A stretch of DNA of 62,700 nucleotides, counting the filler. It is 5 parts of 5 records of this genome, joined end to end, with 100 filler letters (N's around TTAATTAATTAA, not from the genome) between each part and the next. Parts side by side here need not be neighbours in the genome. Positions count along the whole stretch, not along the records: positions 8,453 to 29,431 come from SRR2962707_4278; 4 more parts are not named here. One strand, written 5' to 3'. How positions within the stretch are numbered: position 1 is the first letter of the stretch; each line of letters starts with the position of its first letter. Made by a program: the position numbers and the translations under genes. Positions 19,789-29,531 of this stretch are shown here, piece after piece. The notes beneath the pieces are model-generated. The model was not told the DNA's origin, did not search any database, and worked only from the letters and a program-made list of their open reading frames with translations.

Positions 19789-20286
19789 ATGTTTGAGATC
19801 GAAGCCGAGCGGCCTGAGCACGGGCCAGCCATCGAAGCGCTGCTGGACCTTTCTTTTGGCCCCGGCCGCTACGCGAAGGCGGCGCAGCGGCTGCGCGAGG
19901 GCAATGAGCCCGTGGCCGCTCTTCGCTATGTCGCCTTTTCCGGGGAGGGCGACGAGCGGCGCATGGTGGGTGCGTTGAGCTTCTGGCCGGTGGTGATCGG
20001 GGGCGTGCCGGGGCTGATGCTCGGGCCGCTCGCCGTCGAGCCGCAACTGCGCGGCAAGGGGTGCGGCATCCGGCTGATGGAGAAGGGGCTCGCCGACGCG
20101 AAGGCGCTCGGCTACCGGCTCGTCATTCTTGTCGGCGATGCGCCTTATTATGTGCGGGTCGGCTTCGGGCTGGTGCCGCCGGGGCGGCTTACCATGCCGG
20201 GCCCTGTGGACCCGGCACGGCTTCTCTACCGCGAACTCGACCTCGGTGCCTTCGGGCGCGCGAAGGGGCCAATCACGAAGCCCTAG
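19789..20286 (+). CDS. GNAT family N-acetyltransferase
   Basis: LGPLAVEPQLRGKGCGIRL acetyl-CoA loop; LVGDAPYY. Confidence 0.9.
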   Translation: MFEIEAERPEHGPAIEALLDLSFGPGRYAKAAQRLREGNEPVAALRYVAFSGEGDERRMVGALSFWPVVIGGVPGLMLGPLAVEPQLRGKGCGIRLMEKGLADAKALGYRLVILVGDAPYYVRVGFGLVPPGRLTMPGPVDPARLLYRELDLGAFGRAKGPITKP

Positions 20287-21245
20287 TTCTTCTGCATCGC
20301 CGCGATGAGGGCGGGCACGTTGTGGCGGAACATGGCGACGTAGGTCGGCGCGGGGCCGTCAGGCGGCGACAGTGCATCCGAATAGAGCGTGCCACCTTCT
20401 TCCGCGCCGGTCTCGCGGGCGATGGTTTCCATCATGCGCGGGTCCGACATGTTCTCAATGAAGATCGCGCGGATTTTCTGCGCGCGGATATCGTCGATCA
20501 GGCGGGCAAGGTCGCCCGCGCCGGGCTCCGCCGTGTCGCCGATGCCGAGCGGCGAAATGAATTCCACGCCATAGGCGTCGCTGAAATAGCCGAAAGCGTC
20601 ATGCGTGGTAATCACCTTGCGCTTTGCCTGAGGCAGTTTCGATATTTCGCTCTTCACCCAACCGTCGAGTTTTTTCAGCTCGGTGATGTAGCTCTCCGCA
20701 TTGGCCTGATAGACGAGCGCGTTGTCCGGGTCCTTGTCGGCGAGGGCGTCCGCGATGTTCTGCACATAGATGGTGCCGTTGAGGATGTTCTGCCAGGCAT
20801 GAGGGTCGAAGTCCTGCGCGGCGGCCGGATAGCCGTCCTCGTCATGGCCGTGTTCGCCTTCTTCTTCTCCTTCGTGCTGGGCCTTCTCTTCTTCCGTTAG
20901 GTGGCGGGGCGAGACGCCGAAGCTTGCCGTCACGTATTTCGCCTTGGTGCGCGCGGCGGCGGCGAGGCGGATCATCCAGGGCTCGAAGCCGAGGCCGTTC
21001 ATGACGAGGACGTCGGCTTCGGCGAGGGCTGCGGCATCCGCCGGGTCCGGCTCGAAGGAATGGGCATCGCCGTCCGGGCCGACCAGCACCGTCACCTCGA
21101 CATTGCTGCCGCCGACATTTTTCACCATGTCGCCGAGGATCGAGAAGCTTGCGACGACTTTGAGGGGCTCTTCCGCCCGGGCGGGCGCCGCAGCGCCAAG
21201 GGCGGCAAGAGCAAGGGCGGTGCAGAGCGAGACGAGTTTTTTCAT
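20283..21245 (-). CDS. Zn/Mn ABC transporter substrate-binding protein (AztC/ZnuA-like)
   Basis: Signal peptide, VVASFSILGD, DAHSFEP, His/Glu-rich loop, DPHAW, HDAFGYF. Confidence 0.93.
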   Translation of the reverse strand: MKKLVSLCTALALAALGAAAPARAEEPLKVVASFSILGDMVKNVGGSNVEVTVLVGPDGDAHSFEPDPADAAALAEADVLVMNGLGFEPWMIRLAAAARTKAKYVTASFGVSPRHLTEEEKAQHEGEEEGEHGHDEDGYPAAAQDFDPHAWQNILNGTIYVQNIADALADKDPDNALVYQANAESYITELKKLDGWVKSEISKLPQAKRKVITTHDAFGYFSDAYGVEFISPLGIGDTAEPGAGDLARLIDDIRAQKIRAIFIENMSDPRMMETIARETGAEEGGTLYSDALSPPDGPAPTYVAMFRHNVPALIAAMQKN

Positions 21246-21257
21246 CGCGTGGTTCCC

Positions 21258-22127
21258 TCAGTCGTGGAAATGCGCACGCGGAAAATATCGTGTGCGCAGG
21301 CTGTCATGCGTACCGAGCACGATCGAGCCGACATAGAAAGCACCTGCCGTGAGCACGATGGCCGGGCCCGACGGCAGGCTGAAATGGTACGACAGAAGTA
21401 GGCCGACGAGACCGGAAAGAAAGGCCAGCACCGTCGAAAGCGCGGCAAGCGACCAGACGGCGCCTGCCCAGAAGCGGGCGGCGGCGGCGGGAAGCATCAT
21501 GAGGCCGAGCGCCATCAGCGTGCCGAGCGCCTGGAAGCCCGCGACGAGGTTCACGACGACGAGGACCAGAAAGACGAAATGCCAGAGCGTGCCGCCGCCG
21601 GTCGTCGCGCGCAGGAAGGCCGGGTCGAAGCATTCGATGACAAGGGGGCGGTAGATGACGGCCAGCGTCACGAGCGTGAGCGTTGCAATGGACGCGATGA
21701 GGAGGAGGGCGTCATCCGTCACCGAAAGGATGGTGCCGAACAGAACGTGGAGGAGGTCGATGTTCGAGCCCTTGGCCGAGACGATCAGCACGCCGAGCGC
21801 GAGGCTGATGAGGTAGAAGCCCGCAAGGCTCGCATCTTCGCGCAGCGCCGTCGTGCGAGAGATAAGCCCGGCGAGCAGGACGACGGTGAGGCCCGCAGCA
21901 AGACCGCCCGCGCTCATCGACCAGATCGACAGGCCGGCAACGAGGAAACCGATGGCCGCGCCCGGCAGGATCGCGTGGCTCATCGCATCGCCCATCAGGC
22001 TCATGCGGCGCAGCACGAGGAAGGTGCCGATGGGGCCGCCGCCGAGCGCCAGCGCGAAGCAGGCAATGAGGGCGCGGCGCATGAAGCCGTAATCCGCGAA
22101 GGGCGCGATCACCATGTCGTAGATCAT
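21258..22127 (-). CDS. Zn/Mn ABC transporter permease (AztB/ZnuB-like)
   Basis: LRRMSLMGDAMSHAILPG; multiple TM helices. Confidence 0.93.
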   Translation of the reverse strand: MIYDMVIAPFADYGFMRRALIACFALALGGGPIGTFLVLRRMSLMGDAMSHAILPGAAIGFLVAGLSIWSMSAGGLAAGLTVVLLAGLISRTTALREDASLAGFYLISLALGVLIVSAKGSNIDLLHVLFGTILSVTDDALLLIASIATLTLVTLAVIYRPLVIECFDPAFLRATTGGGTLWHFVFLVLVVVNLVAGFQALGTLMALGLMMLPAAAARFWAGAVWSLAALSTVLAFLSGLVGLLLSYHFSLPSGPAIVLTAGAFYVGSIVLGTHDSLRTRYFPRAHFHD

Positions 22128-22861
22128 GCCGCGTCGCTCCAGCTTTCGGAGATGTAGCGCGCGCGGCGGAGGTTTTCCGGGATGAGGACGTCGTTCGTCG
22201 GGCCCCACGCGACGGGCTCGCGCGCCATCAGCAAGGTTTGCGGGAAGCTTTCGCGCACGCGGTCGAGGTCGTGCAGCACCGCGATCACTGTGCGGCCTTC
22301 GGCGTGCCAGGCCTGCGCGAGGTTCATGAGGTCCGCGCTGGTGCGTTCGTCGACGGCGGCGAAGGGTTCATCGAGGAGGATGAGCCCCGCGTCCTGCAGA
22401 ATGAGCCGTGCGAAGAGGGCGCGCTGCAATTGTCCGGCGGAGAGCGCGCCGACCTGTTTCGTTTCAAAACCGCCGAGGCCGACGCTCGCGAGCGCGGCGC
22501 GGGCGCGCTTTACATGACCGCCGGTGATGGCGCGGAAAAGACCTACCTCGCGCCAGAGCCCGAGGGAGACGGCATCAAGGACGGAGATCGGGAAGCTGCG
22601 GTCGATTTCGGCGAGTTGCGGCAGGTAGGCGATCCGCTCGCGCGCGCCGCCGTCGAGAGAGATGCGCCCCTCGTTCGGCGGCAAAAGGCCAGCGATCGTT
22701 TTCAGGAGCGTCGACTTGCCCGCGCCGTTCGGGCCGACAATCGCAGTGAGGCTGCCCGGCTCGAAGGTGCCCGTCAGGTGATGGACGGCAGGCACGCGGT
22801 CATAGGCGACGGTGAGGTCGGTGACGGCAAGGGCGGAAACCGGGAGAGCGACAGCGTTCAT
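22124..22861 (-). CDS. Zn/Mn ABC transporter ATP-binding protein (AztA/ZnuC-like)
   Basis: GPNGAGKST, LSAGQLQR, LLDEPF. Confidence 0.93.
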   Translation of the reverse strand: MNAVALPVSALAVTDLTVAYDRVPAVHHLTGTFEPGSLTAIVGPNGAGKSTLLKTIAGLLPPNEGRISLDGGARERIAYLPQLAEIDRSFPISVLDAVSLGLWREVGLFRAITGGHVKRARAALASVGLGGFETKQVGALSAGQLQRALFARLILQDAGLILLDEPFAAVDERTSADLMNLAQAWHAEGRTVIAVLHDLDRVRESFPQTLLMAREPVAWGPTNDVLIPENLRRARYISESWSDAA

Positions 22862-23016
22862 CGCGCCAGCGCCCAAAACACGGCGAGCCAGAGCAGCGCC
22901 GTCATGCCGAGCGCGAGAAGGAGGCGCGGGCCGATGCCGGCCGCAAGCGCGCTTGCGCGCGGCGCTTCCGGCAGAGCGCCGGGATCGGGATCGCGATGAG
23001 TCTCGCGAGGGACCAT
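22858..23016 (-). CDS. 52-aa single-TM small protein heading the Zn ABC operon
   Basis: Hand translation MVPRETHRDPDPGALPEAPRASALAAGIGPRLLLALGMTALLWLAVFWALAR*; stop overlaps the ATPase ATG (ATGA). Confidence 0.65.
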   Translation of the reverse strand: MVPRETHRDPDPGALPEAPRASALAAGIGPRLLLALGMTALLWLAVFWALAR

Positions 23017-23040
23017 GGGGCCGCTCCGGAAGTCCAGGTT

Positions 23041-23055
23041 TGTAATATTATAACA
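23041..23055. promoter_or_regulatory. Zur box
   Basis: TGTAATATTATAACA is close to the Zur consensus TGTTATNNNATAACA and lies 25 nt upstream of the Zn transport operon. Confidence 0.75.
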
Positions 23056-23104
23056 TCTCGGAAACTAGGCGGGTTTTCCGGGAATGGCAAGTGGAGACGG
23101 GATC

Positions 23105-25180
23105 TCAGCGGCCCTCGCGCCACCAGGCCAGCGCCAGCGCGCCGAGGATCAGGATGAGGGCGACGGGCCCTGTGAGCAGCGGCACCTGATGAACGGCATG
23201 GACGAGATATTGCTCGTTACGGCGGAGCCCTATCCAGTTCGAGCCGGCGGCGTCCTGTCCGGCGCGGACGGAGCGGATGCCGGGCGTATCGGCCGCGTCT
23301 GCCCCCGCCCACCAGATGCCGCCACCGGTTGCATCCGTCATCGGGCGGAGCGGCTTTTCGCTGGCGCGGACATCGGCGATCTCGCGCGGGTTCAATGGCC
23401 CGGCGGCGGCGACGGCTGAAAGCTCACCTTGTTTCACGCGGTAGAGGCCGAGTTCGGCGGCTTCCATCGTCGCCTCGAAGCGGCCGGGGGAGACTTCCTC
23501 CAGCGCGAGGTCGCGGCTCTTGCCGGTGGGGGTCGTGACGGTCGCGGGCGGCGTTTCGTTTTCCATGGTGCGGCGGCGCAGCGTCAGCGTGCCGCCCTGC
23601 ACGGAAGCGGCGAGGTTTTCTTCTTCAAGGTCCGGCTCCTTCATCAGCCAGTGGGCGAGACGGCGCAGAAGCTCCGCCTGCGGACCACCGCCCTCATAGC
23701 CGCGCGACCAGAGCCAGACCTGGTCCGAGAGCAACTGCGCGACGCGGCCCTCGCCGGCATGGGAGAGCACCATCAGCGGTTTGCCGTCAGGCGTTTCCAT
23801 CAGCGTGTCGCCGCCGTCGACCGTCGTGTCGATGGTGCGGAACCAGCGGCCCCATGAAGGCGGCTCGCTTGCGCCGCCCGGCAGGTCGGCCGTCACGGGA
23901 TGGCGCTCGCCGGTATCGGTGATGCCGGGCGTGTAGCCGCCCTCCGTCATTTCGCCGGTCGGCTGCGCGGGCAGGATCGCGGCGAGCGGCGTGCGGTAGA
24001 TCGAGAAGGGCGAAGCGAAGGCCGGGCCCGCGGCGGCGAGGAAAGCGCCGCCATTTTCCACGTAATCCACGATGTTCAGGAAATAGGCGAGCGGCAGCAC
24101 GCCGCGCCGCTTGTAGCGGTCGAAAATGATGAGGTCGAATTCGTCGAGCTTCTCGTCGAAGAGTTCGCGCGTCGGAAAGGCGATGAGCGACAATTCGCCG
24201 ATGGGCGTACCGTCCTGTTTTTCCGGCGGGCGCAAAATGGTGAAGTGGACGAGATCGACCGAGGGGTCGGACTTCAGCAGGTTCCGCCATGTGCGCTCGC
24301 CCGGATGCGGCTCGCCTGAGACGAGCAGCACGCGCAGGCGGTCGCGCACGCCGTTTGCAACGACGACGGCGCGGTTGTTCAGGACGGTGAGTTCGTCGGG
24401 ACCTTCCTCGACATCGATCTCGATGACATTCGGGCCGCCATGCTGCAGCGAGAGCGTCACTTCCGTCGTCTGGCCGATGGCGGCTTTCGTGGTCGCGATT
24501 TCGTTGCCGTCGACGGTGATGGTCACGTTCGCCGTCTCGCCGGTCGGTTGATCTTCGGCGGAGGTTTCGTCGACACGGAAGGAAAGCTTCACCGGCTCGC
24601 CGACAATGCCGAAGCGCGGCGCTTCCGTTACGCGGAGCCGCCGGTCCTTCTCGCCCTTGCGGCCGATGATGACGCCGTGCACGGGCGCGGAGAAGCCGAG
24701 CGCATCTGCCGTCTTCGGCACGTCATGCACCTGCCCGTCGGTGATGAAAATTGCGCCCGCTATCCGTTCGCGCGGCACATCGGCGAGCGCTTCTTCAAGT
24801 GCTGCGAAGAGCGCGGTGCCCTTCTCGTCCTCGGGATTGTTCACGGCGCTGACGATGCGCGTCTCGATGCCTTCTTCGCGCGCGAGGCGTTCGCCGATTG
24901 CCGTCAGTGCGGCGGAGGTTTCTTCGGGACGTTCGCCGATCTCCTGGCTCTGGCTGCGGTCGACGACAATCGCGGCGACATCGGGCACGGCCTCGCGCTC
25001 TTCCTGCCGTACCGTCGGATTGAGCAGCGCGAGCACCAGAACGGCGAGCGCGGCTGTCCGCCACGGTGCGCCGCGCGCTCGGCGGAAGGCGGAATAGGCA
25101 AGCGCAGCAATGCCGGGCACGGCAAGAGCCGCGATCAGCAACAGCGGCAGAACGGGTTCGAAGACAATGTCCCAGGCCAT
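23105..25180 (-). CDS. MoxR-operon membrane protein with vWA-like and glutamine-amidotransferase-like domains
   Basis: N- and C-terminal TMs; VVDRSQS and FITDGQVHD MIDAS-like motifs; LRVLLVSGEPHPGERTWRNLLKSD. Confidence 0.8.
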   Translation of the reverse strand: MAWDIVFEPVLPLLLIAALAVPGIAALAYSAFRRARGAPWRTAALAVLVLALLNPTVRQEEREAVPDVAAIVVDRSQSQEIGERPEETSAALTAIGERLAREEGIETRIVSAVNNPEDEKGTALFAALEEALADVPRERIAGAIFITDGQVHDVPKTADALGFSAPVHGVIIGRKGEKDRRLRVTEAPRFGIVGEPVKLSFRVDETSAEDQPTGETANVTITVDGNEIATTKAAIGQTTEVTLSLQHGGPNVIEIDVEEGPDELTVLNNRAVVVANGVRDRLRVLLVSGEPHPGERTWRNLLKSDPSVDLVHFTILRPPEKQDGTPIGELSLIAFPTRELFDEKLDEFDLIIFDRYKRRGVLPLAYFLNIVDYVENGGAFLAAAGPAFASPFSIYRTPLAAILPAQPTGEMTEGGYTPGITDTGERHPVTADLPGGASEPPSWGRWFRTIDTTVDGGDTLMETPDGKPLMVLSHAGEGRVAQLLSDQVWLWSRGYEGGGPQAELLRRLAHWLMKEPDLEEENLAASVQGGTLTLRRRTMENETPPATVTTPTGKSRDLALEEVSPGRFEATMEAAELGLYRVKQGELSAVAAAGPLNPREIADVRASEKPLRPMTDATGGGIWWAGADAADTPGIRSVRAGQDAAGSNWIGLRRNEQYLVHAVHQVPLLTGPVALILILGALALAWWREGR

Positions 25181-25192
25181 GGCGTGTCCGTC

Positions 25193-27994
25193 CTACTGCC
25201 CGAGGCGCTCAAGCAGCGCCGGTACGTGAACCTGGTCGGACTTGTAGTTGCCGGTCAGCGCATAGATGACGAGATTGACGCCGAAGCGGTCGGCCATTTC
25301 GCGCTGGCGTTCGCCGCCGGGCGTTACCGGATAGAGCGGCCTTCCGTCGGGATCGCGCGCCCATGCGGCGGCGTAGTCGTTCGAGCCGACGACGATGGTC
25401 GAGACGCCGTCATTGGCGAGGTTGTCCGCTTCCGCCGACGACGCTTCGACCCAGACCTGCCCGCCGTCCCAGCGGCCGGGAAAGCTGTGCATCAGGTAGA
25501 AGGACTTGGTCAGCACATGATCCGGCGGCACGGGTTCGAGCGGCGGCAGGTCGAGGCGGCCGAGCAGGCGGCGCAGCGTTTCCGTTCCCGGCGTCACCGC
25601 GCCGCCGATTGCCTGATCCTGGTCGCGCGTGTCGAACAGGATGGTGCCGCCATTCTTCATATAGGCGTTGATCCGGCCGAGCGTTTCCGGCGACAGATCG
25701 TCCTGCCCCGGCGACATCGGCCAGTAGATGAGCGGGAAGAAGGCGAGTTCGTCCGCCGCGATATCGACGCCCATCGGTTCTGCCGGTTCAAACGCAGTGC
25801 GCGCGCGGATCACGCGGCTGAGGCCCGAAAGCCCCGCCTCGCTCGCATTGTCGATGGCGGCGTCGCCGGTCATCACGAAGGCGAGGCGCGTGTCGAGCGA
25901 AGCCTTGAGCGCGAAGGCATCGGTGTCTTGCGCGCGCGCATCGAACACCGGAAGAACGAGAAGGCAGGCGAGCAGGATCGGCGCCGCGCGCGAGGCGAAG
26001 CGCACTTTGCGAATTTTCTCGGTCTCGAAAAGCCCGGTCACCCAGAGCGCAGCGATGGTGTCGAGGACCGCCAGCGCCAGCGCCAGCGCCAGGAAGAGAG
26101 AGGCGAGGCGTGTTTCGCCCGCGCCTTCGAAGTTTCGCCGCTCGCTTGTGCCCGGCAGGTCGGAAAGCGCGGTGAGTTCGAGTTCGGGTGTCGCGAGGTT
26201 GAGCGCGCGCGGGCTGGCCGCAGTGCCGTAGAGACCCGGCGGGTGGCGCGGGCTCCGTTCCGCGCTTTCGAATTGTTCGACGGTGATGGCGGTGGCCGTT
26301 GCGGGCGGCGTGCCGAGGCGTCCAAAGCCGTTCAGCGTCGCGACGGGGTTCAGCAGGTCGCGCTCGCGCGAGCCGGTATCCGTTTGCTCGCCGTCTGCCG
26401 CCGTGCCTTGCGAGAGCGCGACGCTGCGGCGGAGCATTTCGACGAAGAGGCCGGAGATCGGCAGGTTCGACCAGTCGCGGTTTGCCGTCACATGGAAGAG
26501 GACGACGGTGCCCTTGCCGCGTTTCGCTGCCGTGACGAGCGGCGTGCCATCGGAAAGCCGCGCCCATGTGCGGCTCGCGAGATCGGGCGCCGGTTCGGCA
26601 AGCACCTGCCGCGATACGGTGACGTCGGCTGGTACTTCGAGGCCGAAAAAGGGGCTGTCGTCTTCGAAGGGGGCGAGGCTTTGCGGCGTGCTCCAGGAAA
26701 GCGCGCCGCCGAGCGCGCGTCCGCCGCTGCGAAGCGGCACGGGCACGAGGTCGTCGCTCTTCTCGGCCATGCGGGGGCCTGCGAAGCGGATCAGCAGGCC
26801 GCCCTGTTCCACCCATGCCGCGACGCGCGCGCGGTCGCTGCCGGTCAGGTTGCCGATATCGGCAAGCACGAGAACGGAGAGCGGCGAAGACAGAAGTTCG
26901 GCGATGGTGTCGCCTGCGTCGCGCGCCGCGGCGGTGTCGCGCAATTCCGCGTAAGGCGCGAGCGCGCGGCGAAGATAATAGGCGTCGGAGAGAAGCGGCT
27001 GCGCTTCTTCGGAAGACGCGCCGGAAACGATACCGACATTGCGCCGCCGCCAGCGTTCGTCCGCCAGTACCACGGCGCCCGCCGATGCCTCGCCCGCGAT
27101 GTCGAGCCGTGCGATCCGGTTCCTGAGTTCGAGCGGCAGGCCGAAAACGGCCTGTGCCGAGGTTTCGCCATCGGCCAGCGTGAAGCGCGCTTCGCCGAGC
27201 ACGCTGCCATCCGCATCGAGCGCGCGGACGCCGCCTTCCAGAACCCCGCGTGCGGTCGCGCGCAGCACGGTAGGCGCGAAGTCATCATTTCCATCGCCGG
27301 GCGGCAGCAGCGCAAGCGCGAGGTTTTGCGGCGCGGGTTCGATGAGGGTCAGGCCCGCTCCGCCCGCGAGTTTCGACAGACGTGTCGAGAATTGCGCCGC
27401 CGCGCCATAGTCGAGCCCGTCGCCGATCCAGACCGTCTGGATATCGCCGCCGAGTGTCGCCGCGCCTTCGAGGCGTTCGGCGAGCGCGATGCGATCCGGC
27501 TCTATCGGTTGCGGCTCCATGGCGCGGGCGCGCGCATCGGCATCGCCCGCCGCTTCAAAGTTGAGTTCGGGCGGGTTCGCTTCCGGCGCGGTGCCGACGA
27601 CAAGCACGGGGCGGTCGGAACGGTTCGCCTCGGCGATCAGCCCGTCCATCGCCGCGCGGCGTTCGCTCCAGTGCGCGGCCGCCGCCCAGCCATTGTCCGT
27701 GACGATGAGAAGGGGCCCGCTTCCGGCAATGCGCGGCGCCGGATTCCAGAGCGGTTCGGCGAGCGCCAGCACGATGAGCGCGGCAATCGCCATGCGGAGC
27801 AGCAGCAGCCAGAGCGGCGTATGCGCGGGCGTCTCTTCCTCGCGTGCAAGGCCGACAAGCAGGCGGATCGCGGGAAAGCGCACGCGTTTGGGCAGCGGCG
27901 GGCTGACGCGGAGCAGCCACCAGATCGCGGGCAGCACGGCGAGGCCGGCGAGCATCAGGGGACTGGCGAAGGCGAGGGGACCGAGCGTCAGCAT
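25193..27994 (-). CDS. BatA N-terminal double-TM / DUF4159 domain protein
   Basis: LAVLPAIWWLLRVSPP..FPAIRLL..WLLLLR N-terminus; C-terminal FGVNLVIYALTGNYKSDQVH. Confidence 0.85.
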   Translation of the reverse strand: MLTLGPLAFASPLMLAGLAVLPAIWWLLRVSPPLPKRVRFPAIRLLVGLAREEETPAHTPLWLLLLRMAIAALIVLALAEPLWNPAPRIAGSGPLLIVTDNGWAAAAHWSERRAAMDGLIAEANRSDRPVLVVGTAPEANPPELNFEAAGDADARARAMEPQPIEPDRIALAERLEGAATLGGDIQTVWIGDGLDYGAAAQFSTRLSKLAGGAGLTLIEPAPQNLALALLPPGDGNDDFAPTVLRATARGVLEGGVRALDADGSVLGEARFTLADGETSAQAVFGLPLELRNRIARLDIAGEASAGAVVLADERWRRRNVGIVSGASSEEAQPLLSDAYYLRRALAPYAELRDTAAARDAGDTIAELLSSPLSVLVLADIGNLTGSDRARVAAWVEQGGLLIRFAGPRMAEKSDDLVPVPLRSGGRALGGALSWSTPQSLAPFEDDSPFFGLEVPADVTVSRQVLAEPAPDLASRTWARLSDGTPLVTAAKRGKGTVVLFHVTANRDWSNLPISGLFVEMLRRSVALSQGTAADGEQTDTGSRERDLLNPVATLNGFGRLGTPPATATAITVEQFESAERSPRHPPGLYGTAASPRALNLATPELELTALSDLPGTSERRNFEGAGETRLASLFLALALALAVLDTIAALWVTGLFETEKIRKVRFASRAAPILLACLLVLPVFDARAQDTDAFALKASLDTRLAFVMTGDAAIDNASEAGLSGLSRVIRARTAFEPAEPMGVDIAADELAFFPLIYWPMSPGQDDLSPETLGRINAYMKNGGTILFDTRDQDQAIGGAVTPGTETLRRLLGRLDLPPLEPVPPDHVLTKSFYLMHSFPGRWDGGQVWVEASSAEADNLANDGVSTIVVGSNDYAAAWARDPDGRPLYPVTPGGERQREMADRFGVNLVIYALTGNYKSDQVHVPALLERLGQ

Positions 27995-28011
27995 GGGTCA
28001 GCGATCCGCCA

Positions 28012-28956
28012 TCAAAGGCCCGCGCGCGGCGATTTCCGCGCGGCGAGCGCGCCCGACAGCGCGCTGTAGAGCGCGAGCAGCGCCGTTTGGGGGCCGCGAT
28101 CGGTGCGGTGCGTCGCGAAGGTGAAATTGATCCGCCGCGCGGTTTCGAGAATGCGGTTGCGGTGGATTTCGAGGCGCTGGTGATAGGCCTCGCGCAGGTT
28201 CTGTGCGCGCCCGACCATGAGCCGCAAATCTTCCTCGACGCCTTCGAATTCCGTGCGGCCGGAAAAGGGCAGGTCCTCTTCCGCCGGATCGAGCACCTGG
28301 ATCATGTGACCGCGAATACCCTCGGCGGCGTAGCTTTTCAGGCGCGCAATGATGTCTTCGGCGGGTGAGAGGAAATCGCTGATGAGGACGACTTGCGCAT
28401 GGCGCGGCAGGTGTCCGGGCGGGGGCAGGCTCGCCGTGCCCGCGTTCTCGTCCGTTGCCGGCGTATCGATGAGCGCATGGGCCATGCGCCGCAGCGCCGC
28501 GCGGCCGGGCGTCGGCGTGAAGTCGTGGCCGAGCGGGGCGATGCTTTCGCCGCCCTGTACCAGCAGCGAGGAGAGCGCGAGCGCGAGCACCGTCGCGCGG
28601 GCCTTCTTGGTGCAGGGTGCGAAGTCGGAGGCGTAGTCCATCGAGGCCGAGCCGTCGCGCCAGATCCAGATGCTTTCGGCGGCCTCGCGCTCCGTTTCGC
28701 GCACGAAGAGATGCGCCGAGCGCGCGGAGTGGCGCCAGTCGACGGACGACGCCGTGTCGCCTTCGCGGTAGCGGCGGAACTGCCAGAAGGTTTCGCCCAT
28801 GCCGGTGCGGCGGCGGCCATGCACGCCCTGCGCGATGGTGGAGGCGACATGTTCGGCCTCGGTCACGAGCGGCGGCATGGCTTCGGCGAGCGACTCCGCC
28901 TGCTCGCGCAGGCCGATGGCGCCGGAAGGTGCCGTGTGTGACCGGGTGAGGCTCAT
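28012..28956 (-). CDS. DUF58 domain protein
   Basis: GVHGRRRTGMGETFWQFRRYREGD..VDWRHSARS. Confidence 0.9.
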   Translation of the reverse strand: MSLTRSHTAPSGAIGLREQAESLAEAMPPLVTEAEHVASTIAQGVHGRRRTGMGETFWQFRRYREGDTASSVDWRHSARSAHLFVRETEREAAESIWIWRDGSASMDYASDFAPCTKKARATVLALALSSLLVQGGESIAPLGHDFTPTPGRAALRRMAHALIDTPATDENAGTASLPPPGHLPRHAQVVLISDFLSPAEDIIARLKSYAAEGIRGHMIQVLDPAEEDLPFSGRTEFEGVEEDLRLMVGRAQNLREAYHQRLEIHRNRILETARRINFTFATHRTDRGPQTALLALYSALSGALAARKSPRAGL

Positions 28957-28969
28957 CTCATTCTTTCGT

Positions 28970-29431
28970 TCAGCCGAGGTTGCGGCAGAGCCTGTCGATA
29001 ACGCCGCTTACCGTCACGCCTTCGGCACGCGCCGAGAAATTCAATGCCATGCGGTGGCGCAGCACCGGCGCGGCGAGCGACGTCACGTCTTCTATCGAGG
29101 GCGAGAAGCGGCCGTCGATCAGCGCGCGGGCGCGCACCGCGAGCATCAGCGCTTGGCTCGCGCGGGGGCCGGGGCCCCAGGCGACATGGCGTTCGACTTC
29201 TTCCGACGCGCCTTCTTCGGGACGCGCCGCGCGGACGAGTTCGAGGATCGCATTCACGACCTTCTCGCCGACGGGCACGCGGCGGACGAGGCGCTGGGCC
29301 GCCATCAGGTCTTCCGCCGTCATGGCGTTGCGGGCTTCGACAACGGTTTCGCCGGTGGTCGAGAGCAGCATCCGGCGCTCGCTTTCGAGGTCGGGGTAGT
29401 TCACGTCGACCTGCATCAGGAAGCGGTCGAG
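28970..29431 (-). CDS. moxR: MoxR-family AAA+ ATPase (C-terminal part; 5' truncated by contig end)
   Basis: LDRFLMQVDVNYP, WGPGPRASQAL, VLRHRM. Confidence 0.88.
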   Translation of the reverse strand, partial: LDRFLMQVDVNYPDLESERRMLLSTTGETVVEARNAMTAEDLMAAQRLVRRVPVGEKVVNAILELVRAARPEEGASEEVERHVAWGPGPRASQALMLAVRARALIDGRFSPSIEDVTSLAAPVLRHRMALNFSARAEGVTVSGVIDRLCRNLG

Positions 29432-29531
29432 NNNNNNNNNNNNNNNNNNNNNNNNNNNNNNNNNNNNNNNNNNNNTTAATTAATTAANNNNNNNNNNNNN
29501 NNNNNNNNNNNNNNNNNNNNNNNNNNNNNNN
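29432..29531. other. Artificial contig linker
   Basis: N-run with TTAATTAATTAA. Confidence 0.98.

Noticed and set aside
24440-28069. 1209-aa plus-strand ORF
   Set aside because: Antisense shadow of the BatA/DUF4159 and vWA genes in high-GC DNA; Arg/Ala-rich with no motifs.
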